A stretch of 64,000 nucleotides of DNA from Octopus sinensis (taxonomy: Eukaryota). The position numbers and the translations under genes were made by a program. Below, one piece after another: positions 38,363-50,862 of the stretch. Location of the stretch: positions 145,576,001 to 145,640,000 of the forward strand of contig NC_042999.1 of assembly GCF_006345805.1 (NCBI RefSeq), given 5' to 3'. Within the stretch, counting starts at the first letter, position 1; each line of letters starts with the position of its first letter. The notes below the pieces were generated by a model, which saw nothing but the letters and a program-made list of their open reading frames with translations, was not told the origin of the DNA and made no database searches.

Positions 38363-38890
38363 TGTGTGTGTGTGTGTATGTATTTGTGTGTCTTTGTTCC
38401 CCACCTCCAGCATCGCTTGACAACCAATGCTGGTGTGTTTGCGTCGCTGTAATTTAGCGGTTCGGCAAAAAGAGTCGATAGATTAAGCACTAGGCTTACA
38501 AAGAATAAGTCCTGGGGTCGATTGCACGACTAAAGGCGGTGCTCCAGCATGCCCGCAGTTAAATGACTGAAACAAGCATAAGAATAAAAGAGTAAAAGAA
38601 TTGTTTTGAAATGATGAACTGAAAATAGAGATTGCTCGCGTCTGACTAAACGGATAATTATACAAGGTAGAGTTTATAAAAGAAAATCATTAGACGGCCA
38701 TATCAAGCGATGTCAAGGTAAGACTGAAGAGACTGAACCGTTTTATAGCAGACTTGCAATTGCAATAATTACTAATCGGTGCAATTGAAACATGTGTTGG
38801 TCTTTAAAGACACTATATAATTATAGAATCAAAGGTAATGCTATTGCTACTTCGGAGTTATCCTTATTTTTGAAGTTGTCAATATATATA
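37150..38890 (+). mobile_element. Decayed Penelope-like element (Naiad-like 3' half), interrupted by a SINE
   Basis: VPFGEQVNYNFSKSFNIAIQEHFPRNH...HNIAQAIAAHNVKI; LIWSLKD...RCDL-CLEEFYKI...INSRQE...RCLH; the 3' region carries a degenerate HHR (38720-38804) and then (TA)n. Confidence 0.75.
38166..38600 (+). mobile_element. SINE family B with internal (TA)n(TG)n and a CR1-like tail
   Basis: Head ggaatggctgtgtggtaggtagc; tail ggcggtgctccagcatgcccgcag...tgaaac. Confidence 0.88.
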
Positions 38891-39435
38891 TATATATAAA
38901 TGCTCTAATATCTACACAGCCTTGGTTTTTTATCGTATTACGCAAAAAATTCTGATATATATATATATATATACACATACCCACACAGTAAAGTCACTAT
39001 TACCTGTATCTATATTTTTATGAATAATGTTTTGCATTTGCTTTTCCCCCCTTTTATTGATCAGTTTTGCTAAAAACCTCTGCGCAAACATACACAAAAA
39101 TGTCATTTGAATTGCAAAATAAGAAACCAAGTAATTACTTTAGCAGTTCATGTCCCTGAGTTATTTTTTATTGTTTATTTTCAGTTTTGATTTCCTGCAA
39201 AAAGATTTGCATGGCAAATTGAATGTCCTTGTGTTCTTATTGTTTCGACTATTTATGCACAACTCTAGTCTCGGCGATTGAGTGTTAATGAAAACAACCC
39301 AAAACATTTACGAACGTCATTGTATTACTACTGTCGAAAACGTTTTTCTTATTTCTGTGTACACATGACAACCAATAACGTACATTCAGTCCGAAGTTAG
39401 TGTGTATGCGTGTATGTGTGTGTGTGTATGTATGC

Positions 39436-39466
<31 letters not shown>

Positions 39467-39499
39467 GCACGCATATACACATTTATATATATATATATA

Positions 39500-40040
39500 T
39501 ATTGAAAAATAACGAGAACAATAAGAAAATGCTTATATCGTTAACGAAGGAGGTACCGGTTTCGATTACCTAAGACGACCTCTACATGCTGGAATAAATT
39601 GGAAAGGAATTTTTGAAATGAATTAAAGTAAGCTATCATAACATCATTTCTGGAAGTTCACACACTTTTTCTTGTCACCACATGTTGCTGTTACTTTCTG
39701 ATTGTTGCTAGTTGGTAACAATTGTCAGTTAATAAAAGTGGTATTAGGTAGGCATGCTGGTTGTTTGGGAGAAGGAATACAGTGGTAGCCGTTGGTGGTG
39801 ATTGTTGTCTCACTGAAGGTAGTAGCACGTGAAGCCTTTGGTGGTTGGAGGAGAGACAGTAGCAATAATATTTAGGGTTCCTTTGGGCTTATAGAAGTCT
39901 TAAATTTAGCTAGCAGTAGTTGTATTGGCTCAGGAGTGATACCGGAATGGACATGGCCAGTCTGAAGGAAGCGGCTCAGGATAGAACTGACTGGAGGACA
40001 CTGATCCAACGAGTGATCCAGAGTCGACTTCGACTGAGCG

Positions 40041-40092
<52 letters not shown>

Positions 40093-41180
40093 TGGTATTG
40101 GCTTATAGTTTTCCATCTATAACCTAGTAGTAGTCGTGATGGTGGTCCCAGTAAGGGCTACAGTATTGATAGTAGTGGTTGTTTTCTCAATTCTAATGCT
40201 ACAAGAATTTAGTCGTGGTTGATATTTGATAATGAAGGGCACTGCATTGCTGATGCGTTGGCATTGAGTTGTATAATCATGAAAGTTACAGAGAAGAGAA
40301 TTCGTAGAATTTGATTGCTTATTACCTGCATATATGACAATATATTCACTGAGATCTGTTTTTCTGTATCTCCGTATTTTAATTTGCGACCTATGCAGGG
40401 TCATTCGTTGACGTAAAGCGACTCTTGCTTGTCCAATGTAATGCTCTTGAGCATGTTATTTTATAGACTGGATTTTTGCAGAGATAAAATTTATTTACTT
40501 TAAAGGGCTGTCCTTGTTTGGAACGGGTCTCTGATCCTTCTATCAGATTAAACCAAGTCACAACTGGATCTGCTACATTTTTAACTGTTGGTTTTGTTGT
40601 TATTCTAATGTGAAGTTTGGCATGTCTTGGTATTTTCTTAATTGATTTCGGTTATATTTTACTCTGTATGAAGGTGTGTGTTTGGAGGATTGCCTCCTCT
40701 TGGAATCGTTTTTTAGAAATGGTAACTTATAGAATACAATACTGTAGGCCTCACTGTTTTGGGATTGTAGGTGGAGAGGTGGAGTAAGAACTTTATTTTC
40801 GAGTCATTTCTTTGAATTGGTTTTCTAAATTCATCTACGCTGAATTTCTGGGCTCGTTGAATTCTATTTCCGATTAAATATAGTAGGTAATTCTTATCAC
40901 GGAGTGTATCCTTCAGATCGTGGAGTCTTGCATCAAGTTTGTTTGTATCAGATACTATTATACAAATCCTTTTGGCTAGGTATTAAGATATACTCATTCT
41001 GGTGTGTCTCGGAGAGCATGAACTGAATGGAAGTTTAAGTTTGGAGTCCATAAGTTTATAGTAAATGTTCGCCTGTTTTGCTTGTTTTCTTTATAAAGAT
41101 ATCTAAAAATGGAATGTTGCTTATGACTATTTTGTACGATGAACTGAATATTTTTATTAATTCCATTGAGAAGTGCTTTC
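39500..41180 (-). mobile_element. Decayed Penelope-like element (GIY-YIG end plus pLTR)
   Basis: Reverse-strand LNFHS, CKNPVYKITC and RMTLHRSQI...FIIKYQPRLN; the pLTR carries an HHR 3' half GAAACCGGTA (about 39553-39563) and ends in (TA)n. Confidence 0.75.
39934..40088 (+). mobile_element. 5'-truncated RTE/BovB-like LINE 3' end with a (GA)n tail, nested in the PLE
   Basis: Translation SDTGMDMASLKEAAQDRTDWRTLIQRVIQSRLRLSG* followed by (GA)n. Confidence 0.8.
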
Positions 41181-41546
41181 ACATTATTTTGGCTCCTCTA
41201 TGCTTTCATTCGACAGAATGCGGCAACCCTCGGGGTGCTTTTTCAGTTTTCTTATACACACACACATACACAGACACACACAAACGCGCACACACACACA
41301 GAGACATACACACACATACACACACATAGTCTTAAACTATTTATTACATTCGCTAATAGCTCTATAAAGATAAGTAAACAGTATTTTCACTATTATTGTG
41401 ATATATTTGTATATGTACCGGTAAAATGTTGATTGACTTCAAAATGCAAAGTTTACTAGGCTGGGATTTGAACTAAGAGTGCTGTGACTAATATCACGCA
41501 ATATTATATATGGTCTAAACCGCGAACGATGCAGCCAACGACCACC

Positions 41547-41577
<31 letters not shown>

Positions 41578-42411
41578 TGTATGTATGTATGTATGTATGT
41601 ATGTATGTATGTTTGCATGCACATACGTAAGTATGTATGTATGTATGTATGTGTGCATGTATGTATCTGTGTGTGTATATATATACAAATATACGTACAT
41701 ATATAAGTGTGTGTAAATGTTTGTATGTGTTAGAATACGTAAATAGTTTCCTATATGCGTATCTTTATTGATAATTTAATATTCAGGTTTCAAATGGAGT
41801 GAATAGTAAATCGTTAATAATTAAACCAGACGAAATATAATTACACTTAAACATTAAATCTAAATAAACTTGTAAAAAAATCATTTATTTTATAATGCAT
41901 ATGTAAAATTAGCATAGAATATGAAATACTGTTTCGTAATTAGTAAATTATATTTATTAAAAATATGCTATTTGATTAAAAGATCGAAATGAACGTACCC
42001 AAAATAACCACCATTTTAATAAAATAGAGCAGTTACAATAAATGATAAATAAATGAATATAAACTGAACTCATTATAAAAGACACATTGCTTACAAAATT
42101 CTTAATATAGAAATATTGATTATTAAACTCTTAGTTTATATGTAGTGTGAATGGGGTGGGGAGAAGGAATTAGTTCTTGGATACAACATTAACTCATATG
42201 ATCAGACGATATGTTATAGGCCGTTAATATGTATATAAAGATATGTGTACGTGCGCTCGCGTGTGTGTAGGTATGTGTATGCATGAATATTTAGAAGTAA
42301 TGTGATGTATCTATGAGTGAGTATGCATGTCTCACTATACGTACGAGTAGTTATCTATGTATAAGAGTATATGCTTGTTCGTATGTTGTATGGTATATAT
42401 ATATATATATA

Positions 42412-42473
<62 letters not shown>

Positions 42474-42474
<1 letters not shown>

Positions 42475-42900
42475 CTGACAATGTGTGTCTGTCTGTCTGT
42501 GTGTTTCCCTAAAGCTTGAGAACTACACAACCAATTTCATTCAAATTTTACACACGCCTTGCTTAGGGTCCATGTAGTGTCATGGGAAAAAAATGTTTAA
42601 CTTCTTGCCTAGAGCGAGCCCACAGCAATATCATATTTTCTCCACTATTTCAGTATTACGTGTTAAAAGTGAAACAAAAATATCTCTGTATTGTATGTAT
42701 ATGGATGTATATCTATATATATATCTATATCTATATCTTTATATATATATATATATATATATATATTACAAAATATAACGTTATATCTTGAGATCGTTAG
42801 TGACAACAACGCTCAAAATATATAACAGACTGGAATAACAGTGCTCAAATGAGCTGTATACACTTTTTAATCCGAGGGGAGGCAAAGCGAGCAGCCACTA
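42474..42900 (+). mobile_element. Possible HINE/DINE-like element
   Basis: (GTCT)n near the 5' end followed by accaatttcattcaaattttacac. Confidence 0.4.
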
Positions 42901-43505
42901 CAAGAGCACTACAAAATCCACACAAAGATCAAACACATACATATATTCATATATTCATTTATATCTACAGAACAGACATAAAGCCCGATGTTTAGAAATA
43001 TATAGTAATATATAAATATATAAACATCATATAAAATTATATTGTACGCATAAGACCCACTCGACGTTCCATAAGAAATTTAGGAATAAAAATTGCAATT
43101 AAAGTTAGAGGTAATAATAACAATTGAATTAAATATAGTAAATATAGTAAGTAGTAATTAAATATATTTTATTTTATTAAAATGGTAATTAAATCGTAAT
43201 ATAACAATTAAAAGAAAAAATAGCAATTAGTATAAAATGTATCAAGGATTTGAACTCGAATATGTAGCTTTGCATGAATGGGAGAAATTAAAAGATGAAA
43301 CATCTAATTGAGTGCAGAGATGAATTAGTCCAGATGGAGCTGTGCGCATACTATTTACTATAGCTGCTAGGTTGAATTATATGCTTATAAAGTAGCATTC
43401 AGTATCTATGAGAATTTTTGGGAGTACGTAATGTCTCGTCTTTCGCATGTGGCAGGTATGTAATTGTGCATTTGTTTCCGTGTACTATGTGTTGTGTGTA
43501 AAAAA

Positions 43506-43584
43506 CATCCTGACGAGGGGAGTGTCAATTTTAAATATATAATATGTTTCATATTAATTGATGCATCTCCGAAACTTTTAGATG
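43506..43584 (+). ncRNA. Hammerhead-like motif with a long helix II and damaged helix III, in a probable PLE 3' end (about 43050-43690)
   Basis: CATC-CTGACGA-GGGGAG TGTCAATT...AATTGATGCA TCTCC-GAAA-CTTT-TA-GATG. Confidence 0.5.
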
Positions 43585-43884
43585 AACTTTTATGTATTTT
43601 TGTAAATTTGTATATTTATCTTCTATGTATTATTCTCTGGAATTTTAATTCGTCTTTTTAATATGTCATTGTATGTTTTATTACCCCAGATTTTTAAGTT
43701 AACAAATTTATACCAAACTAGCACTATGACCCGGCAAAGTGATGAGTAAAGTTATTTGATTGCAGACCTCCTTTCAGTCTTTTTATTATCACTCGGTCAT
43801 GCATAGTCCCCAGATGGTAACATTGATTTCAAGGTCTTCCCAGATGAGTGACTGGTTATTCAAAGACATTTATAGATTTTAAAT

Positions 43885-44073
43885 TTATTCTGTCCAGTTA
43901 CATATCAATATAGTGGTCATTTGCAAACTCCAAAGGTGACGTTTTCATTTCTCCTTAGCCCTCACGTCACACAATTGTTATTCTGTCCAGTTACGTATCA
44001 GTATAGTGGTTATTTGCAAGCTCCAGAGGTGCCACTTTAGTTTGCCCTTAGCCCTCACGTCACACAGTTGTTA
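43885..44073. repeat. Diverged 93-bp tandem duplication
   Basis: ttattctgtccagttac...ccttagccctcacgtcacaca occurs twice. Confidence 0.9.
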
Positions 44074-44571
44074 ATGTTGATTTCATTTGGGTCACGCCCT
44101 TCCAATTGCTATAGATTCGTAATGCATCTTACGGCTGTGCCTGTCACCTGGATGGTGAGGAATCCTACATTGGGAGTGTTAACGACTAGGGTAGGGTAAC
44201 TGACTGCTTATTGTGATCATTCGTCTTTTGGTTTCCTGTAGCTTTGCTCACTTTTACAAACCCAGTAAACATATATTTCCTATTTCATAGATATTCAAGC
44301 AATAGATATAAGATCCAAGTTAAAAAGATTCTAAACAATTCAAATTTTCTGGTTGACATTAAGATGCCCACCCCCAACAGGGGCCTCAACTCTCACAGGC
44401 CTCAACTCTCACATTTTAGAGCTCCATGGCCTTCATTTTTCAGGAGCATAATCTTTTTAACAGGTTCAATAAAACAGGAATTTTGGAATATGCGCATAAA
44501 AATCAGTAGTATGGGATACATGTGGCACGATTACAATTTTTTAGGGTATCTAAAGAGGGAAATAACCCTCA

Positions 44572-46400
44572 TTTTTTTTTTAAGTTTCAACTCAGAGCTG
44601 CGGCCATGCTGATGCACCGCCGTTTTGCGCTACACTGTTATTACTAGAAGCCTCCTCTAATATGTGGCACTTGATGAAGAATGGAGTTTTCTATAGCTAC
44701 TCTCATTTACACTTCTTGCCGTGAGGTAGGCTCATCTGGGACTCTCGACAGGAAGAGGTCCAGCTTTGATTTAAAAATCCCTACATCTACTTTGTGCAAG
44801 TTCCTCAGACTCTTTGGGAGAATATTAAAAAGCTGTGGGCCATTGAAACCCAGGTTGTTGCAGTAACTGGTCCTGAAGCGTGATGGCATTGCTGGGATCT
44901 TTGGCACCATGCAGTATCGTCCCATTCTGGCATTGGTGTAGCTTTCAATGCCAAAATTTGGCACAATTCCTTCCAGGATCTTCCAGATATATATTACTGG
45001 GAGTAGAGTCTTAGCTGTTTCAACCTTTCCCAGTAGCTGATCTGTTGCAAAGAGACGATCTTTTTTGTGAATCTTCTCTGGATTGCTTCAAGGTCCGCTG
45101 TTAATCTCACACTGGTGAGCAGTAATCGAGGCGGCTGAGGACGAATGTCCGCCAGAGGACCATCATGGTTTCCTTATCTCTGATTCTGAATGTTCTTAGG
45201 ATCCATCCAGCTAGTCGTCTGCACTTTGTCTCCATCCTGGTAATGTGTACCTGGAAAGAAGTATCATCACTCATGTCGATACCCAGGTCTCTCACTGACT
45301 TGAGCTCTGGGATTGAAATTCCCTGTGGACCAGTGTACCCTGTAGGTTTAATATTCAGTTTTGGATGTTGGTAGCGCGGAGCCTGGAATTTTTCAGCATT
45401 AAACTGCATATTATTATCCTCAGCCCATCTGTAAATTGAGTCCAACTCATGCTGCAGGTGTGCAACATCGCTGGGGTTCTGTATATTCTGTGAGACTTTC
45501 GTATCATCTGCATAGCTTGCCAGAGTGGCTATCCGGGCATTTGAGGGCATATTTGAGAGGGCCACTATAAAAAGCAGTGGTCCCAAGACAGTGCTCTGTG
45601 GAACACCGCTCATTATTTCTGTGTTCATAGAGGTGGCTCCATTAGCCACTACTGCCTGACTCCTATCTTTTAGGAAGTCATGTAACCACACTCCAAGTTT
45701 TCCAGCTATGCCGAGGTCACGCAGTTTGTGGCATATCATACCATGATCCTCCTTGTCAAAAGCTTTTGTAAAATCAATGTATATTACATCCACATTTGAT
45801 TTCTTGAATAACCGCCTCAACACCCAGTCATAATGTTGTAAGAGCTGGGTCAAGCAGCTCCTACCTGGTCGAAAACCATGTTGGATATCACTTAGCAAGT
45901 TATTCTTTTCAAGGAATGCGATTAGTTTCCCTCTGACTATCCGTTCCATAACTTTGCTGATGTGTGAAATCGGAGAGATAGGCCTATAGTTTTTGGCATC
46001 TGCTCAACTTCTCCCTTTATGTATTGGGCATATCATTCCCTCCCTCAGCTTGCTTGGCAGTCTGCCATTTGTAAGAAAGCTCTGGAAGAGAATCTTGAGG
46101 GGTTTTGCCAGGACATGTTTACACGATTTGAGGAGGATTGCTGGGAAACCATCAGAACCAGCAGTTGAGTTTGTACCCACTACATCTATGGCTAGTAGTG
46201 CATCTTCTTCGCTAATGTCAATGTAATCTATTGTAACTGCCTCGCTGGTTATAGGTGAGGCGGCAAAGAAGTCCACTGGCTCGTTCACTTGTCTGTGTTC
46301 CAACGGGGTGTTAAAGACACTTTTGAACTGGTCATTCAGTTATCTCACTGATCTTAGTTCAACTGTCTGTGAAGGAGCCATCTGCAATTTTGATGAATTT
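44572..46400 (-). mobile_element. 5'-truncated CR1/L2-group LINE (RT domain largely intact, frameshifted)
   Basis: QHGFRPGRSC, YIDFTKAFD, SGVPQSTVLGPLLF, YADDTK, SRLDYCS; A-rich 3' end at about 44572. Confidence 0.95.
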
Positions 46401-46496
46401 CGAAAAATAGATATTCCAGTTCATTACAGAAAATATAACAGAAAAGTCTAATTCTTCAATTGAATGTAACCGGGCAACGCCGCGTATCTCTACTAG
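46400..46496 (+). mobile_element. Helitron-like 3' terminus
   Basis: Hairpin-like ccgggcaacgccgcg, then CTAG (46493-46496) followed by T. Confidence 0.5.
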
Positions 46497-47420
46497 TATA
46501 TATATATATATATATAAGCAAATTGGTGTGTTTTAATAAACCATAACGGCAATGCGAATGAGCAGCAAGTCAGAATAAAATATGGCTTTGCCAATAAATA
46601 ACAAAGATAAGGGGTTGTCTAAAACTTCGTTTAAATATTCCTGTGTTCCGTGGGGAAAAAATTGCCAAAAGATTTTATTAAAATTCACCATTTTGCTCAC
46701 GCATCGTATGCGAATCAAACGAGTTGTCAAATACTTATATGTATATGTATGTACGCATGTGTGTGTATATGTATGTGTGTATGCATGAGTGTATGTATGT
46801 ATATGTATATGTTTGTGTATCTGTATATACAATTGAGTTGTACTTCATCCGTAATTTTGAGAAAAATTAAAAGACAGAAACAATAGGAAAACTGTATTCA
46901 TATATAAAATATAGACAGGAAGAACAGAAACACATATACAGAACGAGGATATATATACATACATATATATATATTGAACTAGGGACAGCTGATGAAGGGG
47001 ATTTTTCCTTGTGTAGTTTGTCTAGTACTCTGTTTTTTCTTTGTAAAAAAAGGTTCGTTCCATGCTTATTTTTACGTTTTCGTTCTCGTTGAGTTCTGCG
47101 TCTATTTGTGGTGTCCTGTACTCACGTATATATATTTATATATGCATGTATATATACATGTAGATGTAGGTACGTACATATATGTATGTATGTATGCATG
47201 TATTTTATTTATTACACTATTGTATGACTGAGCGCCTTCGCGTCGATTCGTTCCGTTTCGTTTCGTTTCTTCTTCTTCTCCCAGTACAGTTTATATATAT
47301 ACAACAAAATGAAGAAGGGAAGTGAATATTTAGAATTAATGGAAAGTATGGGTGTATGTGCTGTGTTTATGTCTCACAATACATAGTACATATGTATGTA
47401 TGTATATGCATGTGTATGTG

Positions 47421-47495
<75 letters not shown>

Positions 47496-47587
47496 GTGTG
47501 TGTCTGTGTTTGTTTACACACACACACACACATATATGTATATACATGAGTGTGTGCATGTTATCGACCTTGTCTTGTTCCATCTCC

Positions 47588-47630
<43 letters not shown>

Positions 47631-48118
47631 CACCTTTCTCTGTGTGTATATATGAATCTACTTAGCTATTTCTATTAAAAATTATGGATATAATGATATT
47701 CGAAGCGTAAATTGTATTGCTTTTGAGACTCTGTTTTAAGAAATGCACATAGTTTATATTCATGATAATATATTATCATATTGTGAATCCTTTTATGTTC
47801 ATATCCTACTTAATGTACATATTTAGGAAATGTACATTTTATGTGGTATTGAAAGAAACGTAATTAAAAGATGAAATGCAATACAATAAATTCCATTTAT
47901 TCTCACTAATTATATTCACATTCTGCGACCAATACTTTTCGACTGGAATTTCAGTTTGTATACATAATACACTTCTTTAAGGTAGACCATATATGCATGT
48001 ATAATCTATAAGCCGGTATTCCCAGGAGTCCTTATTGAGAATCCTATTCAAGTTATTTAATCCCCTTTATCTGATATATTAACACACACACATATATATA
48101 TGTATGTATAAATATATA

Positions 48119-48145
48119 TATCTTCCATCTTCTGTCTCTCATTTA

Positions 48146-48233
<88 letters not shown>

Positions 48234-48262
48234 GGTAAATGAGAGACAGAAGATGGAAGATA
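48119..48262. repeat. 30-bp perfect inverted repeat enclosing (CA)n(TA)n
   Basis: tatcttccatcttctgtctctcatttacca (48119-48148) / tggtaaatgagagacagaagatggaagata (48233-48262). Confidence 0.95.
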
Positions 48263-48277
48263 CGGAATTTTATATTA

Positions 48278-48383
48278 ATCACTACAATTGTTTCTCTACA
48301 TCTAGCATCGATTCCTCAGAGGTTGGATGCTTACCAACTGGTTCAAGGGCATCTAACGGTGCAGATGTGTCTCTTCAGGTGAT
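48278..48383 (-). ncRNA. Type I hammerhead-like motif with an extended helix II
   Basis: Reverse complement reads ATCAC-CTGAAGA-gac ACATCT...AGATGT aga-GAAA-CAATTG-TA-GTGAT; the base of helix II is mismatched. Confidence 0.55.
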
Positions 48384-49002
48384 AGATACATGTAACTCGT
48401 TAAGATAACAGTTTTGCAATGTATTTTCTCATTTCGTGTAAAGAAAAGCAGCAAATTAAAGGATATAGTTATAATTATGTAGAAGATCAATAATAAAATA
48501 ATAGATGCAAAATGGAAACGAACATGCAATACAGCGAAAAAGCATTAAATATAACCGTTAACGGATATGGATGTATAAACGCTTTCGCGTAGCTTGTATG
48601 ACGCATGTACACTCACTCATACAAGCATCCACGAAGATGTAATCATACGCACACGTGTGAGTTGGCGCACATACGTTAACTTAGCGAGTTAAATAGCCAC
48701 TTGGTGTTTATAAGAATGGAGAGGTTAAAGCTAAACTTAATTCATCCATCCCTTAAGGCAAATTATGTCAACAATTACTCAAATTCATTCTTACTGCATT
48801 GTGCGAAATGACATTTATATGCATGTAAGCTGCTTGAGAGTCTTTCAGAAATTCTATTAATGATCTCATTAGTCCACAGAATAAATAGGAAATCCTCGGA
48901 GCAGAGTCGGCATCTTCTGGAAATGATATTATATAGTTTTGCGTGTCTTACTATGGATCAGGTTATGTCATACTTAATTTTATCCTCCTTAAATCACTAC
49001 AC

Positions 49003-49037
<35 letters not shown>

Positions 49038-49061
49038 TATGTAAAATTATATATGTATATA

Positions 49062-49760
49062 CAGTAGCGGTCATAATATAAGGGTCAGTGAGAACAAGTG
49101 TAAGATTAACAAAACGTTGAGGCTAGATATTTTACACATATTTAGATATATTTAATATCTACCTTTGGTGAAAATTTCATGTAAATAAAATAAATATTCC
49201 ATAAGTTATGAGGAAATAAACAAACAATCTTCCAAACTGTAACAGCCAAATTTCAAGGGTCACTTAGAAAAACAATGAAAATGGAACAAAAACAAAAAAG
49301 AAACCCTTACTATTAATATTTTGTGAACATCCCTTTACTATCAACAACCTCCTGATATCTGTTACCACATGACTGAATTCCTTTCTTGCAAAATGATGGA
49401 GTAATATCGTTCCATTCGACCCATCTCCACTAACCTTCCAGCGTTTTCTATAGGGTTGAGATCGGGACTTTGTTGTAGCCACTCCATGAGATCAATCCCT
49501 TTATCACTCAAAAAATCTATGACTCTCTTCGCAGTGTGACAGGCAGCGTTGTCCTGCATAAAGATAGGAGGTTGAACTGACGAGGATCGGAAAAGCGGAA
49601 GGGCATGCTGTCTAGGAATCTACTTGTAGATTTCAGTGTTGACAGTCCCTTGAAGGCGAATAAATGGACCAGGATCAGCAGCAGAGCTCACTCCCCATAC
49701 CATTACACTGCCTCTTCCATATTTTTGGCCGCTGCAATTTGGAAGATTATTTTTTCATTT
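49062..49760 (-). mobile_element. 3' half of a decayed Tc1 element (DD34E)
   Basis: GSVMVWG, FMQDNAACH...SPDLNPIE with 34-residue spacing; terminus CAGTAGCGG with flanking TA at 49060-49061. Confidence 0.92.
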
Positions 49761-49908
49761 CCTCATAACTTACGAAATATTTATTTCATTCACTTGAAGC
49801 TTTAACGAAATATAGATGTTAAATATATTTAAATATGTGTAAACTATCTAGTCTCAATGTGTTGTTAACCTTTTATAATTACTACTTACAATACACTTGT
49901 TCTGACTG

Positions 49909-49945
<37 letters not shown>

Positions 49946-50160
49946 CAATAACAATTCTCTAAATGAGATATAGACAGTAACTGCTCCATAACATAAGGGA
50001 CTAAAGCCATCTGAATATGGCTAGGGACAGGGCAGGGTGGTGGGGGTGTTACTGTTGCATTTAGCCCCAGGCGAACATCGACGTCGCCAGATAGGCTTGA
50101 CACCATCACGGTGTCCTTTAACCTGCAAAGGGAGATAATTCCCCGATGAAGCGGAAACCA

Positions 50161-50206
50161 CACACGGACCATGGTTTCAAGGTGTATTGCCTATCATCAA
50201 CGTGTG
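50161..50206 (-). ncRNA. Type I hammerhead motif (U3 variant, GUC site)
   Basis: Reverse complement reads CACACG-TTGATGA-T AGG caataca CCT T-GAAA-CCATGG-TC-CGTGTG. Confidence 0.72.
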
Positions 50207-50599
50207 GTAGGCCCCCGCTTCCTCGACGAAATCTCACTCTGCAGGATATTCATAAATAGATTTTCAAGCAAAATACATTTGCTGATTTCGAAAATCTGTT
50301 CGACAGCAATAATAATTCTCTAAATGAGATATAGACAGTAACTGCTCCATAACATAAGGGACTAAAGCCATCTGAATATGGCTAGGGACAGGGCAGGGTG
50401 GTGGGGGTGTTACTGTTGCATTTAGCCCCAGGCGAACATCGACGTCGCCAGATAGGCTTGACACCATTACGGTGTCCTTTAACCTGCAAAGGGAGATAAT
50501 TCCCCGATGAAGCGGAAACCACACACGTTGATGATAGGCAATACACTGCAGAGTGAATATCCTGCAGAGTGAGATTTCGTCGAGGAAGCGGGGGCCTAC

Positions 50600-50645
50600 C
50601 ACACGTTGATGATAGGCAATACACTTTGAAACCATGGTCCGTGTG
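50600..50645 (+). ncRNA. Type I hammerhead motif (U3 variant), inverted copy
   Basis: Same as 50161-50206 with one C>T change in helix II. Confidence 0.68.
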
Positions 50646-50815
50646 TGGTTTCCGCTTCATCGGGGAATTATCTCCCTTTGCAGGTTAAAGGACACCGTGA
50701 TGGTGTCAAGCCTATCTGGCGACGTCGATGTTCGCCTGGGGCTAAATGCAACAGTAACACCCCCACCACCCTGCCCTGTCCCTAGCCATATTCAGATGGC
50801 TTTAGTCCCTTTTGT

Positions 50816-50862
<47 letters not shown>

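Larger units (their letters stand above)
49944..50818. mobile_element. Retrozyme-like HHR element: 361-nt tandem unit plus an inverted copy
   Basis: Direct repeat starting at 49944 and 50305 (period 361); inverted copy at 50554-50818; (TA)n at both ends; no conserved coding domain seen. Confidence 0.85.

Noticed and set aside
38600-38720. SECIS element in the Naiad-like 3' region
   Set aside because: No convincing AUGA/GA quartet with a paired helix could be folded by eye.
44090-44215. HDV-like ribozyme at a possible LINE 5' end
   Set aside because: The nested double pseudoknot could not be built from the sequence.
46983-47000. GGACAG-CTGATGA-AGGGG hammerhead 5' half
   Set aside because: No matching GAAA/helix III half was found downstream, so it cannot be called a ribozyme.
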